64,000 bases of DNA from Vulcanimicrobiota bacterium (GTDB lineage: Bacteria > Vulcanimicrobiota > Vulcanimicrobiia > Vulcanimicrobiales > Vulcanimicrobiaceae). The stretch spans positions 992,001-1,056,000 of the forward strand of contig CAVRQT010000003.1 of the NCBI GenBank assembly GCA_963723515.1, in the 5' to 3' direction. Positions within the stretch are counted from its first letter, which is position 1, and every line of letters begins with the position of its first letter. The notes under the pieces were generated by a model that was not told the DNA's origin, did not search any database, and saw only the letters and a list, made by a program, of their open reading frames with translations. Both the position numbers and the translations under genes were made by a program. Positions 33,307 to 45,084 of this stretch are shown here, in pieces.

Positions 33307-34424
33307 CTAGGTGACGATGTCCGTTAGACGGCCGGCATCGCGCGCAAAAACGACTTCCATCGCGATGCGCTCGCCGACCGAAACATCGCGCCCCCATCGA
33401 TACGCGGAGTACGGCGTGAAGCGCGTGCCGGGCGATCCCGGTATGCGCAAAGAGACATCGTAACAGACAAACTCCTTCGGCGGGCCGGCGACGATGACGC
33501 ACTGCAACGCGAAGGGCCCGATGATTCCGGGCGCATGAGCTTCGGCCGCGGCTGCGACAAATCGCTCTCCCATCGCAAACGCCTGCTCGAGCATCGACTC
33601 GGTCAGCGTCGTTGAGATGTGGCCCGCTTCTTCCATCCGCACCGCGACATCCATAACGTCCGCAAGCGCTGCCGGCGGAACGCCTCGCAACCCTTCGAGA
33701 TTCGTTTGCCGCCGCGTATCGGTGCCGGAGAGTTCGAGTTCGCGTAAGATCGGTGAATAAAAGAAATTCAAATTGACCGAAGGACCAAGCGCATACTCCT
33801 CGATCCGCGCCGCTTGCAGCGACGCTTCGGTCAGCACGCCGCCCGCGATCAATCGCTGCGAGATCTCATCGATATTGCTTGGGCGAGGAACAGAGAAAGA
33901 AAGCGCGTTCAAACGATACTTGCGCATGCGCCGCCTTCACGATAACGAGGCGATCGATCTCATCCGCCGACGCGAATTGAATCGGATGCCGAACCTGCGC
34001 TCGACGCATCAATCCGTACTGGTTCTCCGCTTCTTCCCGCTCTTCGGCCCGCAGCAGCTTGCGATTGCCGAAGATCGGAACGCGCATCCCCTGCTCGATT
34101 TGATCGTAGGTGTACTTCTGGTGCAGATAGACTTCGAAGGAACGGTTCGGAACAAAGATTACTTGCTCTGCGATCAGCCGCTGTTGAATCGCATCGTCGA
34201 GCAATTCGGTGAAATTCTGCTAGCTCGAGCGTCTGATCGACGCAGCCACGCCGCGGGTCTTCACGGTTCTTGAAGTACTGCGTGTAGGTTTTTTCGCGCC
34301 CCCTAGCGGTGACGATCAAGTTTCGCAGACCGCAGGCTCGAGCGCCGGCAGCAACCTCTAAAGCGGAGTGGCTGCCGATCGAGCAGAGGGTTAAACGGCT
34401 CGGATCATACTGTGCAATGTCCAC
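33307..34424 (-). CDS. PurP-like ATP-grasp protein, paralog 2 (DUF1246/DUF1297; frameshifted)
   Basis: IGSHSALEV, FVPNRSF, PIFGNRKLLRAEER, GIIGPFALQ and DVSLRIPGSPG. Confidence 0.82.
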
Positions 34425-35501
34425 TTACGAAGACAAGAGCTCGCGCGCTTGCTGCGTATCTTGATATTCAACCGTCAAAATCGTTCGCAAATGCGTCGCA
34501 CTGCTGTGCGCCTCCGGGGTCTGGATTCTTTCCAATGCCTTATACGTTGCGAGCAACAGCGCGGGCAATTCGTGGTCGCGCGGATACACTCTGTGCAGAT
34601 CGTCGACCGATTCGGCCAAAAGGACGCCCGCTTGCGACTCATGTGAACCCCAACCGGCATCGAGATAGGCGTTGAGACGATGCAACTCGTTGCGCATGCC
34701 CAGCACCGACATCCCGGTTCGGCCGAAATACTCATCGGCGGGCGCGGTGATCGTCAGATATTTTTCATGGCTGATGATGTTGACGCTGCCGACGAGATGC
34801 AGCGGATCGACCGCTTTTAGTCGCGCCAGTAGCCGCCTTGCGTTGAACTGGTCGTCCAGCGTATACGGCGGAACGCCGTTTGAAGCGTTGCGCGCCGCGT
34901 TGAGAAAATCCGAGCCCCACGTCGTGGGCAGTTGGGCGATCGGAAACGTTGATTTGGCGGCGCGCGAAAAGGCGAGGCTGCGCCACGAAGCGTCACGCGT
35001 GAGCAGATATCCGCGCCAATCAGCCTCGACTTGCTGAATCAAAGCGTCGGGATCGTGCGCATAGGTCTGCAGATTGGCGGTTGCGTCTTGATCGGCGAGG
35101 CGCGCCAGGGTCTGCGGATCTTCTTCGGCATCCACGCGACGTATTAATTCGCTCGCCTTCTGCGCTTCATCGCCGGGATCGTGCTGCTGCATGTACAGTG
35201 CCGCTTCACGCACGTACCACGTTGCGGCATCATGGTTCGTGAGCGGATTGTAGTGCAGCCTCGAACCAACATCCACGGTCAGTTGCGCCACTTCGGCGTA
35301 GTTTGGATCGTCGGGCGATTGCAGCGAGTACGCGCGCCCGGCATTAAAAATCGCCGCCAAATAATACAGTTGATCGACGAATTGCCAGCCGTGCGCCGCG
35401 CCTTTTTCAAACGAGGCCTTCATGTCGTTGTAGAGTGTTTGCGGATCCGCAACAAGCGCGGCCGATGCCCGCAGGGGAAGCACGAGAGCAGCCGCCAGCA
35501 C
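34425..35501 (-). CDS. Hypothetical exported helical protein
   Basis: 358 aa ORF with signal-peptide-like N-terminus; no recognised motif. Confidence 0.6.
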   Translation of the reverse strand: MLAAALVLPLRASAALVADPQTLYNDMKASFEKGAAHGWQFVDQLYYLAAIFNAGRAYSLQSPDDPNYAEVAQLTVDVGSRLHYNPLTNHDAATWYVREAALYMQQHDPGDEAQKASELIRRVDAEEDPQTLARLADQDATANLQTYAHDPDALIQQVEADWRGYLLTRDASWRSLAFSRAAKSTFPIAQLPTTWGSDFLNAARNASNGVPPYTLDDQFNARRLLARLKAVDPLHLVGSVNIISHEKYLTITAPADEYFGRTGMSVLGMRNELHRLNAYLDAGWGSHESQAGVLLAESVDDLHRVYPRDHELPALLLATYKALERIQTPEAHSSATHLRTILTVEYQDTQQARELLSS

Positions 35502-35519
35502 GGCTAGCCGTGGCGAACT

Positions 35520-36587
35520 CTAGAGAACGCTCGAGTCATCAAGCACATAACGCAACGAGTTTGACAGAAGTGCGTTCTTGAGCTCGCGCGCGATGCGCCT
35601 TCCCGTCGACATCGGCTCGCTGTAATTGAGGTACGAGTACGGTGAGCCGTCGATGAAGAGGTTGGTCCCCGCGACGATCCGTGCAGAAATCTCCATGACA
35701 TAGAACTGCGTGTCGGGCGTGATGATCGTTTCGATGCAAAACGCGCCGAAGAGACCTTTCGGCGGACAAATCTCTTTGCTGACGCGCACAACTTCTTCGC
35801 CCATGTGATACGCTTCCGCGAGCATCGATTCACGCAACGAGAGCGGCGCATTGCCGACGACGACGTATGAGGGTTGGAGGTCGAGGCCTTCTTGCGCATT
35901 GGCAGGGATGCGACCGAGCGAATCGACGTTCGTTTCGTACCGCCGATCCATCGACATAATTTCAAGCCGGCCGGTCAGCGGCGAATAGAAATAATGAATG
36001 TAGAGCGGCACGCCGATGATGTATTCTTGAATGATGTAATTGCGTCGCGCTACGAGGCCGGCTCGCTCTTCGAAATCGTGCGCATCGCGCAGGAACATGT
36101 AGCCTTTGCCGCCTTGAGCGCCGTAGAGTTTCACGATGACGGGCCGATCGATCTCGCTGCCGTTGCGGAATTGGCGCGGCAGATTCAAACCGGCTGCGGA
36201 AAGCCACTGTCGTTGCAATTCGCGGCTCGCCTCCCAATCGAGGATCGCTTTGTTGCCGAAGTAGGGAATCGTCATTCGCTTATGATCTTCAAGCGATAGG
36301 TAGGCGACGAACGAGCCGTGCGGGACGATGATGATCTTGCGGTTGCCGAGCAGATCAACGTGCTGCGGAAAATCCTCATAGCGCGGAATGCCGATGACTT
36401 CATCGACGAAATTGAAGGAACGGTAGAGACGTTCGGTCTGGCGGTTCGCAATGGCGAGCGTCCGAAAGCCTTCGTCGTGCGCGCCTTTGAGAATTTGCAG
36501 CGCGGAATGCGATCCCAGCGTCGCAATCGTGTAGAATTCGGCCGTCTTTGCCTCAAAGAGTGGTTCGACTTTTTCCGCAAGCATCAT
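35520..36587 (-). CDS. purP: Formate-dependent AICAR formyltransferase (formate-phosphoribosylaminoimidazolecarboxamide ligase)
   Basis: IATLGSHSALQILKGA, IVPHGSFVAY, MDRRYETNVD and EISARIVAGTN. Confidence 0.9.
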   Translation of the reverse strand: MMLAEKVEPLFEAKTAEFYTIATLGSHSALQILKGAHDEGFRTLAIANRQTERLYRSFNFVDEVIGIPRYEDFPQHVDLLGNRKIIIVPHGSFVAYLSLEDHKRMTIPYFGNKAILDWEASRELQRQWLSAAGLNLPRQFRNGSEIDRPVIVKLYGAQGGKGYMFLRDAHDFEERAGLVARRNYIIQEYIIGVPLYIHYFYSPLTGRLEIMSMDRRYETNVDSLGRIPANAQEGLDLQPSYVVVGNAPLSLRESMLAEAYHMGEEVVRVSKEICPPKGLFGAFCIETIITPDTQFYVMEISARIVAGTNLFIDGSPYSYLNYSEPMSTGRRIARELKNALLSNSLRYVLDDSSVL

Positions 36588-37030
36588 GACAAGATCGCCC
36601 TCTCGATCGCCGGATTACACAACAACACATCAGCTGCGGTTTTCACGACCGCTTGCTCCGCCGGAGCGCCGTTTTCATCGAAGAGTTGCCAGCCACGCAC
36701 TCGTTTTGCAGAACGGACGCCGGAAATCATCTTGCCGCCGAGCTGCGCCCGCAGACTAGGGTCTTGGCCGAGCTCCTCAACCCACAGCTCGCCTTCGAGC
36801 GGGTCTGCGCCCGCACGTTCGCTCAGCGTGTGCTTGTTCGGATTGAAGAGCAGCTCGTTCGCTTGCACCGCTTCCAGCAAACCGTCGCTCTGCTCGGTTT
36901 CGAAGAGCCAGATGTCGGCGCGTTCCAGTTGTGAAACCGGGACGCGCAGACGTTGCAGCGTCATCAGGGCCGTGAAGGCTTCATTGTCGGGAATCTTGAG
37001 CGTGATCGCGACGCAGCGCACGTGACTCAT
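36584..37030 (-). CDS. purS: Tandem-domain PurS-like protein
   Basis: 148 aa directly after purQ; two LL.NP motifs (LFNPNKH, LLCNPAIE). Confidence 0.65.
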   Translation of the reverse strand: MSHVRCVAITLKIPDNEAFTALMTLQRLRVPVSQLERADIWLFETEQSDGLLEAVQANELLFNPNKHTLSERAGADPLEGELWVEELGQDPSLRAQLGGKMISGVRSAKRVRGWQLFDENGAPAEQAVVKTAADVLLCNPAIERAILS

Positions 37031-37813
37031 CGTAATGCCTTGGCAAAGCTCTCGAAGAGCAGCGAACCGCCCGATGGCGCGAGAGCCGCCGCGGCATTGC
37101 CGAACGCGGATCGGCCGATTTGCGAAGTTGGATGATTGAACGTCCACGCATCGCGCTCCGGATGCGGCATGATCGCAAGCACATTGCCGGCTTTGTTCGT
37201 GAGCGCCGGCTGCACCGAGGGCTGAGCCGTTAGGATTCGCGGCTTCGTTCGCAATGCCGTCGGCGCGCGCATAGACAAACGCGATGTGGTCGCCCGATTG
37301 AATCTCGGCGAGATGCGCATCGGTTGCCGCGAGCCGGCCCTCGCCGTGCGCCGCCCACGCCGGAATCAGCACATCGCGCTGTAGTGCGGCGGTAATCGCA
37401 CACCGGTCCGGCGCGATCACGAGGCGGACATAGACATGCCGGCAGATGAACTTGCCGAGCGGCGCGTTCTTTGTGAATGCCGCGGTCGGACGCCGTGCCG
37501 CGCCGGTTCCTGGAACGAGTCCTGCTTCCAGAAGAATTTGTGCGCCGTTGCAGATGCCCAACACGACTTTGCCGGCCTGCGCCGCTTCGATGACGGCGTC
37601 GGTCAAGCGATCGTGCGCCGCGATCGCACCGGCGCGGATGCGATCTTCGTACGCGAATCCGCCCGGCAGAACGTAGGCGTCATAGCTTCCGAGCGTTTCG
37701 GCGCGGCTCCAATGCACCAGCTGCGCGTCGATGCCGACGTCGCGCAGGATGCGCAGCGTTTCATCTTCGCTGTTTGTGCCTGGATAAATCAATACGGCGA
37801 CGCGAGCGCTCAC
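37027..37813 (-). CDS. purQ: FGAM synthase glutaminase subunit (frameshift near 37205)
   Basis: PGTNSE, PGGFAYED, LGICNGAQIL, AHGEG, NPNGS and MPHPER. Confidence 0.93.
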
Positions 37814-39987
37814 GCATAAACCTCAGCGAGCGGTTCGGACCATTGCTCGAACAGTACGTTGAGCGGATATTCTCGATCACCAAGGATCAGCGATGGGCTG
37901 TCGATCGTTTGACCGATCTTTTGCACGCCGGGAATCCGTTCAAGCGCGTTATCGCCTTCAACGACGAACGCAATCTCGCCGGCGAGGCTCGGTGCGTCGA
38001 TGCGCGCGCCAATTGTTAATCCGGCTTCCTGCGATCCGTTAGCCAACTTTACTACTGCGGCAATCACTCCGCCGTCGAACGTCACGGAGCAGGCGCGTAC
38101 GGTTCCCTTTGCCATCGCACCACCAATGTGCGGAATTGCGTCCGGCGTTGCGGCGTAAATCGTTGAGCCGGCCTCTTTGAAAGCGGGCGTGATTGTCTTA
38201 GAAACGTCTTGAAGCGCTCCCGCGCAGCCGACAATCGCTGAGGCCGGAATCGCCTTACCTTCAGCGGACTCATTGTAGAAACTGACGTTGCCCGAAACGA
38301 ACGGCAGCTCGAAATCCAGCGCGGCTTTCCTCAGACCTTCAACAGCGGCGACGAATTGCGAATAATGGTCCTCTTTGCGGGGATTTCCAAAGTTCAAGCA
38401 ATCCGTAAGTCCGAGCGGAGTTGCGCCGACGGCGACGACTTTGCAAACCGCTTCAACGACCGCCTGATACGCCGCCTCAAAAGCGCGATCGGCGTTCGGC
38501 TCCGGCTTACCGGCAACGGCAACTGCAAAGCCGAGCGACGTCCCCGGTACGATCATAACGCCCGCGTCATTATTACGCGCAATTACCGTTGCGCCGCGCA
38601 CAACGGCATCATACTGCTTATAGAGCGGCTCTCTCGAACAGATGTTGAGATCGCTCAGCTATCGATGGCCTTCTGTCACGCTGTCGACCCTGAGCGACGT
38701 CTCGGTGCATCGCAACGCCGCGCGTTCGCCGCTCGACATAGCACTTCGCGCCATCAGCGTTTCGTCGAAAGGCAGGTCGTCGGTGATTTGGCCCGTTAGG
38801 AAGTCGATATCAACGTCCATCACGATGTCGTTGCCCGTCCGCAGAACGTAGCGTTTTTCTTTCTGGACCGCGCCGATCACCGCGGCGCATGCACCGCGCG
38901 CTATCTGCGGCAGCGAAAATTCTTCATTATATATGCGCAGCACGTTCGCGGTTGCTTCAGGGGGCAACACCCATGCCAGCCGTTCTTGCGTTTCGCCGAC
39001 CGCAATCACGGCTGGCGGAAGATTTTCTTGTGCGGTCGACACGTCGTCGAGATCGATGATCGCGCCGAATCCACCGGCTGCGCACAGTTCCGCCGTGCAC
39101 CCCATGATGCCGCCGGCGCCGAGGTCTTTGAAACCCGCCGTGATCTTGCGCTCTCGCAAGTACTCAAAGACACGATATGTTGCGCGCATGATCACATTTT
39201 TCAAGAACGGATCCGGCACTTGAACCGCCCCTTTGTTCGCTTCCGCGTCGGCAGCATCGAGCGTCAGCGAAGCAAAGGCGGCTCCTCCGAATCCGCTCGC
39301 ATCGGTCGCCTTACCGACGAGCACAATGTCCCACCCGGCCGAGTCCGGCGGCGCCTTCGAATGAATGATGTCGTTCTCTTTAAGGATGCCGAGCGCGATG
39401 ACGTTGACCAAACAATTCTCGTTGAAACGCTCATCGAAATACACGTCGCCCGCGATATTTGGAACGCCGATCGCGTTGCCGTAGGCCGCGATGCCGTCAA
39501 CCGCGCTTGTGGCTACATATCGCTGATGTGAATCAGCGTCGTCAACGCGACCGAATCGCAACGCATCGGCGATCGCAACCACTTCCGCACCCATGCAAAG
39601 CACGTCCCGGACGATGCCGCCGACGCCGGTTGCGGCGCCTTCAAACGGCACGACTTGCGATGGATGGTTGTGCGATTCGTGCGCGACGACGATCGCATAG
39701 CGCTCGCCGTTGTGCTCGCCGAGCCGTAAAATGCCGGCGTCTTCGCCGGGTCCCAAAATCACTTGCGGCGCTTTTGTCGGCAGCCGCTTTAAATGCTGAC
39801 GGCTACTCTTGTAACTGCAGTGCTCGCTCCACTGCGCCGCAAAAGCATGCGCTTCAACGATCGATGGATTGCGTCCAAGGCCGGCGGCGACTCGGCGCAG
39901 TTCATCGACGCGAAACCCGAGGCCGGCGTCGCGGGCAGCAGCATGAAGCTCTTCGTCGTCTCGTTCTCGGACGACGAAATCAGGCAA
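37810..39987 (-). CDS. purL: FGAM synthase large subunit (frameshift near 38655)
   Basis: WSEHCSYKSS, ESHNHPS, GAATGVGGI, DLGAGG, TDCLNFGNP and VSGNVSFYNE. Confidence 0.95.
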
Positions 39988-41173
39988 GCGTCGGGTTTTG
40001 GGGTGGCGCGTTCACATTCGCGTCGGCTTGCAAGATGGCGGTTCTGGCGTTCGTTTGCACCAAAAGCGTTCGTCCGAAGAGCACAGTATCGTCGATCGCA
40101 AAGGCCTTCGCCGCTCGCAGCGCGATACTGTCAGCCACGTCGTTTCCGTCGAAGACGAGACTCGCCGTCGCGTTTTCAATCATGCCGCGCAACGCGCCGT
40201 CCGGTCCACCCAGCGCAATGTAAATGAGCCGCGGAAATGATGTGTCGAGCTGTTGCACCATCTGCAAGACGTAGCCGGGCGTGCGAATTGCCGAAGCAAC
40301 GCGGCGAACCGACGGCAAGCCGAAGCTCTGCAGCGCCTGAACGATTCCCTTGGCTGCTTCCTCAAATTCCGGACCCTCCGTCACGACTGCCACCATCCCG
40401 GGACGCATTTGCGGAAACGTGCCGACTTGTTCGGCGACATTCTCATACGCAGTCTTAACGCGCATGAGGTCTTCGGGCTTGACGCTTTCCAAGTTGCGAT
40501 AGAGTTGCTTGTCGAGCATCAGCTCCTCGCGACCCTGCGGCCAAACGCGCCACGAATCGTTATCGATCACGTCCGCAATGACGAGGTTGCCCTTGTTCTC
40601 TCCGCCGGTCAGCCGGCCGAATTCGATTTTCAGATCGACCAGCAACGTATCGCGCTTGCGCCAAGCGTGCGCCAATATTTCGAACGTCAGGCGCGCAATC
40701 TCGGTCATGATCCCGACTTCGACCGGCGTTGCCAGGTCGCGACTGATGATTTCATCAACGGTGATCAGCGGATCGTGGTTCGCGTCATCTTTAAAGAAGA
40801 ACTCAACCATCCGCGGTACGATCAGTGCGCCGCGCTGCAGCCCCGGATTGCGCTTGATGAGCGAGCCGGCCGCGACGCCTCGTGTAACGACCTCGAGCGG
40901 AATCATATTGCAGCGCCGCACGAGCATCTCGTTGTTGTCATCGTCTTCACCGCCGCTGATGTAGTGCGTCGGTAATCCGCACAGATTCAGCAGCCGAAAG
41001 ACGCGCGCCGTCGTTTGCGCGGCAAGCCGCCCTTTTCCGGCAATCTCATTGCGGCGTGCGCCGTCGCCCGCTGAAATCTGATCGGTTTGGGCGGTGACAA
41101 GAACATCCGGCTGACCCGGCTGCTCGTACAGTACCTTCGTCTTGCCTCGAGCGATCTCGATGCCTTTGTTCAC
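39980..41173 (-). CDS. purC: SAICAR synthetase fused to a degenerate PurE-like domain (PAICS architecture)
   Basis: GKTKVLY, MIPLEVVTR, LVDLKIEFG and IADVIDNDSWRVWP; C-terminal RVASAIRTP PurE-like region. Confidence 0.9.
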   Translation of the reverse strand: MNKGIEIARGKTKVLYEQPGQPDVLVTAQTDQISAGDGARRNEIAGKGRLAAQTTARVFRLLNLCGLPTHYISGGEDDDNNEMLVRRCNMIPLEVVTRGVAAGSLIKRNPGLQRGALIVPRMVEFFFKDDANHDPLITVDEIISRDLATPVEVGIMTEIARLTFEILAHAWRKRDTLLVDLKIEFGRLTGGENKGNLVIADVIDNDSWRVWPQGREELMLDKQLYRNLESVKPEDLMRVKTAYENVAEQVGTFPQMRPGMVAVVTEGPEFEEAAKGIVQALQSFGLPSVRRVASAIRTPGYVLQMVQQLDTSFPRLIYIALGGPDGALRGMIENATASLVFDGNDVADSIALRAAKAFAIDDTVLFGRTLLVQTNARTAILQADANVNAPPQNPTLA

Positions 41174-42587
41174 GCTGTAACCTCTTGTTGAACGGGAAAG
41201 GGCGGTAAGTGATCGATTTTTTCGGCGACGGCAAGCGCGCGTTGTTCCGCCGTGCCGACGTGCTTGCCGGGATCGAGCAACCGGCGAATCTCCGCGGGAT
41301 CGAGCCGCTCCGTCAGCTCTTGTTCTTCCGTCAGCAAGCGCGCCAGCGGGTTGTCCTCACCGCGCGAAAGGGCGCCCCACGACGTCATGGCAGCCGTCCG
41401 AACCGTCTCGTGCAAAACTTGGCGATCTCCCCCGGAGCGCACCGCTTCCATCATGACGGCTTCCGTCCCCGCGAACGGCCCATACGTGCGCAAATTTTCG
41501 GCAATCCGGCGCGTGTTTACGCTGAGTCCGTCGACAATGCGCCTGGCGAGCGAAACTAATTCATCTGCGCAAAGCATCGCTTCCGGCAAGATCGTGCGGC
41601 GATTTGCACTGTCGTCGAGCGTGCGCTCGAGATAATTTGTGGCCGCATTCTGCCAAGCAACGTCGGCGTAGGCCGGCAGCAGGCGTGCAAGCGAGCAGAT
41701 GCGCTCGGAAAGGATCGGGTTCCGCTTGAACGGCATCGCCGAACTGCCGACTTGCGATTTCGCAAACGGCTCTTGCAACTCGCCGAATTCTGGAGAACTT
41801 AACACGCGAATGTCCGCGGCGAATTTTGAAAGCGAGGCGCCCAACCCTGCGAGAGAGGCGACGAGCAAGTAATCGAGCTTTCGCGGATAGGTCTGCGTGC
41901 TCACATCTCTCGCCGCCAGACCCAGCTTATCGAGAATAACGCGCTCTTGCTCGCGCAGATGCGCCAGGCCGTTGCAGCAAACGTTCGTATGATGCCGACG
42001 TCCCAACGGCGCCGCGGATGCCTTTCGCGGTCAAGTTCTCAAACGCAAAGCGCAACGCTGCGTCGTCGATCAACAGATCCTGGGCGTAAACCGCGAAGCG
42101 ATGACCGATCGTTGTTGGTTCTGCGGGCTGCAAATGCGTGAAGCCCATGCACACGTTGCCCGCAAACTCGCGGACCCGCTTGGCAAACGCTTCCAGCACC
42201 CCATGCAGCGCAGCGCCGATGAACGACGAGAGCGCGCCGCAGACGGTAGACCTCGACATTATCTTCGATGTCCATCGATGTCGCGCCCAGATGCAGCTTG
42301 CCGCCGCCGACCGGCGCCTGTTTCGCGAAGACGCGAATCTCCGCCATCAAATCGTGATGAATTTGCGCTTCGATCTCATGTGCGGCATCCAAATCGATGT
42401 CGTTGCGATGCGCGCGCAGATCGGCGACCTCTTCCGGCGTGACGAGTCCCGCGTCGGCTTGCGCTTCCGCCAGCGCGACCCAAACGGTGCGCCACAAACG
42501 CCTGCGTTCGTGCTCCGAAAAGAGCGCACGAAGTTCAGGCCTCCCATATCTCCATGAAAACGGAGAGGCGTAGGTGCGATGATTCAT
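41170..42587 (-). CDS. purB: Adenylosuccinate lyase (frameshifted)
   Basis: HDLMAE, HLGATS, GFTHLQPAEPTT and GSSAMPFKRNP. Confidence 0.94.
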
Positions 42588-42613
42588 TCGGTCTTAGCCG
42601 CTTCTGGCAACCT

Positions 42614-43622
42614 TTACGCCGAGCCTGGTTTGGCTTGCACGCTTGGCCGGCTTGAGAGCCCTGCGAGCTCGGCCGTTAACATCTCGACAAGCAATCGCTG
42701 GTCGTCGATCTTGCCGGTGACGAGCGCTTCAAAGGCTCGCACGGCGCGCTCATATGCATTTCTGCGCGCGACGCTCACCGACGCGCGCCGCAACCGGACG
42801 CAAAAACCGTTCGCGCCACTTTGCACGCGGCGGCAGCGTGCCTCCCGGTCGAGCCAATTCCCACAGCAAGCTCAATTCAGTCGCCAGCGCTGCAATCAAC
42901 GGCACACCGGCCTTGCGCGGATCCTGTTCGAAGAGATCCGTTGCGATCTCGAAGCGCCGCATCGACGTTGCCCTCGACGAGCGCGCTCGCATATTTGTAC
43001 GCCTTCGGATCCTCAACCGCGAGGCTCTCCCGCTCCAGATCCGCATACGAGATTTTCTTGTGCGTCAAAGCGAGCTTTTCAAGATCGTTGCGAATTGCGG
43101 CGAGCTCCGCCGTCGCTGAGGAAAGCTGATCGATAACGCGCGCTTCCGCTTTGACGCCCGAGCGTCTCGAGCAGCTCTTCGAATGTAGCGCTCGCGCACC
43201 GGAGCATTCGCCGTCGTGTCGATACGCAGAGCATTGCGGCCCGCCAAAACGCCAAAGGGTTCCGGCCGTTTCGCGCGCGGCGAGAGCAGATCGCAAAGCA
43301 CCAGCGTGTTCCCCTCGGGCGTCTGCTCGGCGACCTCCCACAACTCTCGACGTAACGGCGTCTTCATCGTTTGCGCGTCGGTCACGACAATCACGCGCCG
43401 GTCGGCCAAGAACGGCATCGCGCTCACCGCCTCAGCGATGCGCGCCGTATCTTCGATCTCGGGGCCGTGAAAGCGGTCGACGTTTAGCGCTCGCGCCTCG
43501 GCCGGCAGCGCGCGATCGAGCAGAAGTTCCAAGGCGCGTTCGGCCAACGTGCGTTCCGTGCCCTCGATGATGACGAGCTTTGCGAGCTTCGGGGCCTTGT
43601 CGATGAACTCGTAGTACTTCAT
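42614..43622 (-). CDS. holA: DNA polymerase III delta subunit (frameshifted)
   Basis: [20 protein letters not shown] and NDLEKL motifs. Confidence 0.75.
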
Positions 43623-44623
43623 GCGAACGCTGCGACGCTGGGGCGATTCGCGAGATCGCGGAATTGATTCCGAGTATGGCGGTTGCAGAATTCCGTATTC
43701 GGTGATGAAGGCCGTAATCAATCGCGCCGGCGTCACGTCGAACGCCGGATTGTAGGCGCGCGTACCGCTGTCCGTGCTCGAGGCGCCCGCGAAGGTGCGA
43801 ACTTCATCGCCGCTGCGCTCTTCGATCGGAATCTTCGCGCCGCTTTCCAGCGTCAAGTCGAACGACGAGCGTGGCGCGGCAACATAAAACGGAATGCCGT
43901 GATGCGCGGCCGCGATTGCGAGCCCATAGGTGCCAATCTTATTTGCCGTATCGCCATTGCGCGCGATGCGATCGGCGCCGACGATGACGAGGTCAACGTT
44001 TTTTTGCTGCATCGTGACGGCTGCCGCACTGTCAACGATCAGCGTCGCATCGATTCCGGCGTGCTTTGAGCTCATACATCGTTAGGCGAGCGCCTTGCAG
44101 CAGCGGTCGCGTTTCGCAGGCGTAGACCTGCAAGATTCTTGTGAATCTTGCCGCGGCAATAATCGCGCCCAGCGCCGTTCCGCCGCCGGCGGTTGCGATT
44201 GGGCCGGTATTGCAATGCGTCAAGACGCGCGACACGCCTGAAAAGATGGGCAACGCCGCTTCCGCGATCAGGCGGTCGATCGCGCGCTGCTCCTCGTGGA
44301 TCGCATCTGCCTCGGCCAACATATCTTGCGCAGCGCAGTACCCGATCCACGGCCCAACTCAAATTCACGGCCGTCGGCCGCGCGATGCGAATGCGCTGCA
44401 CTGCGGCATTGAACTGATCGTCGTCTGTGATGTTCCGGCGCAACAGCACAACCGCATAAGCGCCGAAAACACCGAGCGCGGGCGCGCCACGAATTGCCAA
44501 GCTCTTGATCGCCGACTCGAACTCGTCAACGGTCTGCGCGCGAACGACGACCGTTTCGTGCGGCAAGCGACGCTGATCGAGATATTCGATCGCATCGCCT
44601 GCCCAACGTAACGCTTCCTTCAC
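43619..44623 (-). CDS. mtnA: S-methyl-5-thioribose-1-phosphate isomerase (frameshifted)
   Basis: [57 protein letters not shown] and NPAFDVTP. Confidence 0.93.
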
Positions 44624-45084
44624 GCCGGAATTTGCAAGACGCTCGCGGCGGCCATCGCGCGCAGCATAGCCTTTGTTGCCGCGTTTCGGATCGGCACGCT
44701 CCGCGGCTTGTTCGTACGTATTCGGTCGTGAGAATGCCGAAGCCGATTGGACGTCCGGTTTCCAACTGCACGTTCATCAGCCCGCGCGCACATTCGGCCG
44801 CGATGTACTCAAAATGCGGCGTCTGGCCGCGAATGACGGCGCCGAGCGCGACAAGGCCATCGCAGCCGCCCGCGAGCGATAACGCGCGCGGCTGCGATCG
44901 GCAGTTCAAAGCATCCGGCGACGTCGTAGGTCGTGACGTGTCTCGATGCCGCGCCGCACTCGTGCAGTGCAGCCTTCGCGCCTTCCAAGAGCTGATCCGC
45001 AAGATCCGGATAAAAGCGTGCGCAGACGACCGCAATGCGCTTTCCGCGAAGACTGTAGCGCTGCTGCTGTGCAGCATGCTTCAC
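44620..45084 (-). CDS. ribH: 6,7-dimethyl-8-ribityllumazine synthase (frameshifted)
   Basis: RIAVVCARF, VAGCFELP and ALGAVIRGQTPHFEYI. Confidence 0.9.

Noticed and set aside
36584..37813. PurQ-PurS fusion (409-aa ORF)
   Set aside because: The PurQ MPHPER tail is in another frame ending at 37027, so the fusion is a frameshift artefact
38673..38696. REP-like words (TGTCACGCTG...CCCTGAGC) inside purL
   Set aside because: Partial match with no complete hairpin; likely chance
43065..44075. MtnA-HolA fusion ORF
   Set aside because: holA has its own ATG (43622) overlapping a TGA in another frame, and the region has several indels, so the fusion is most likely an artefact
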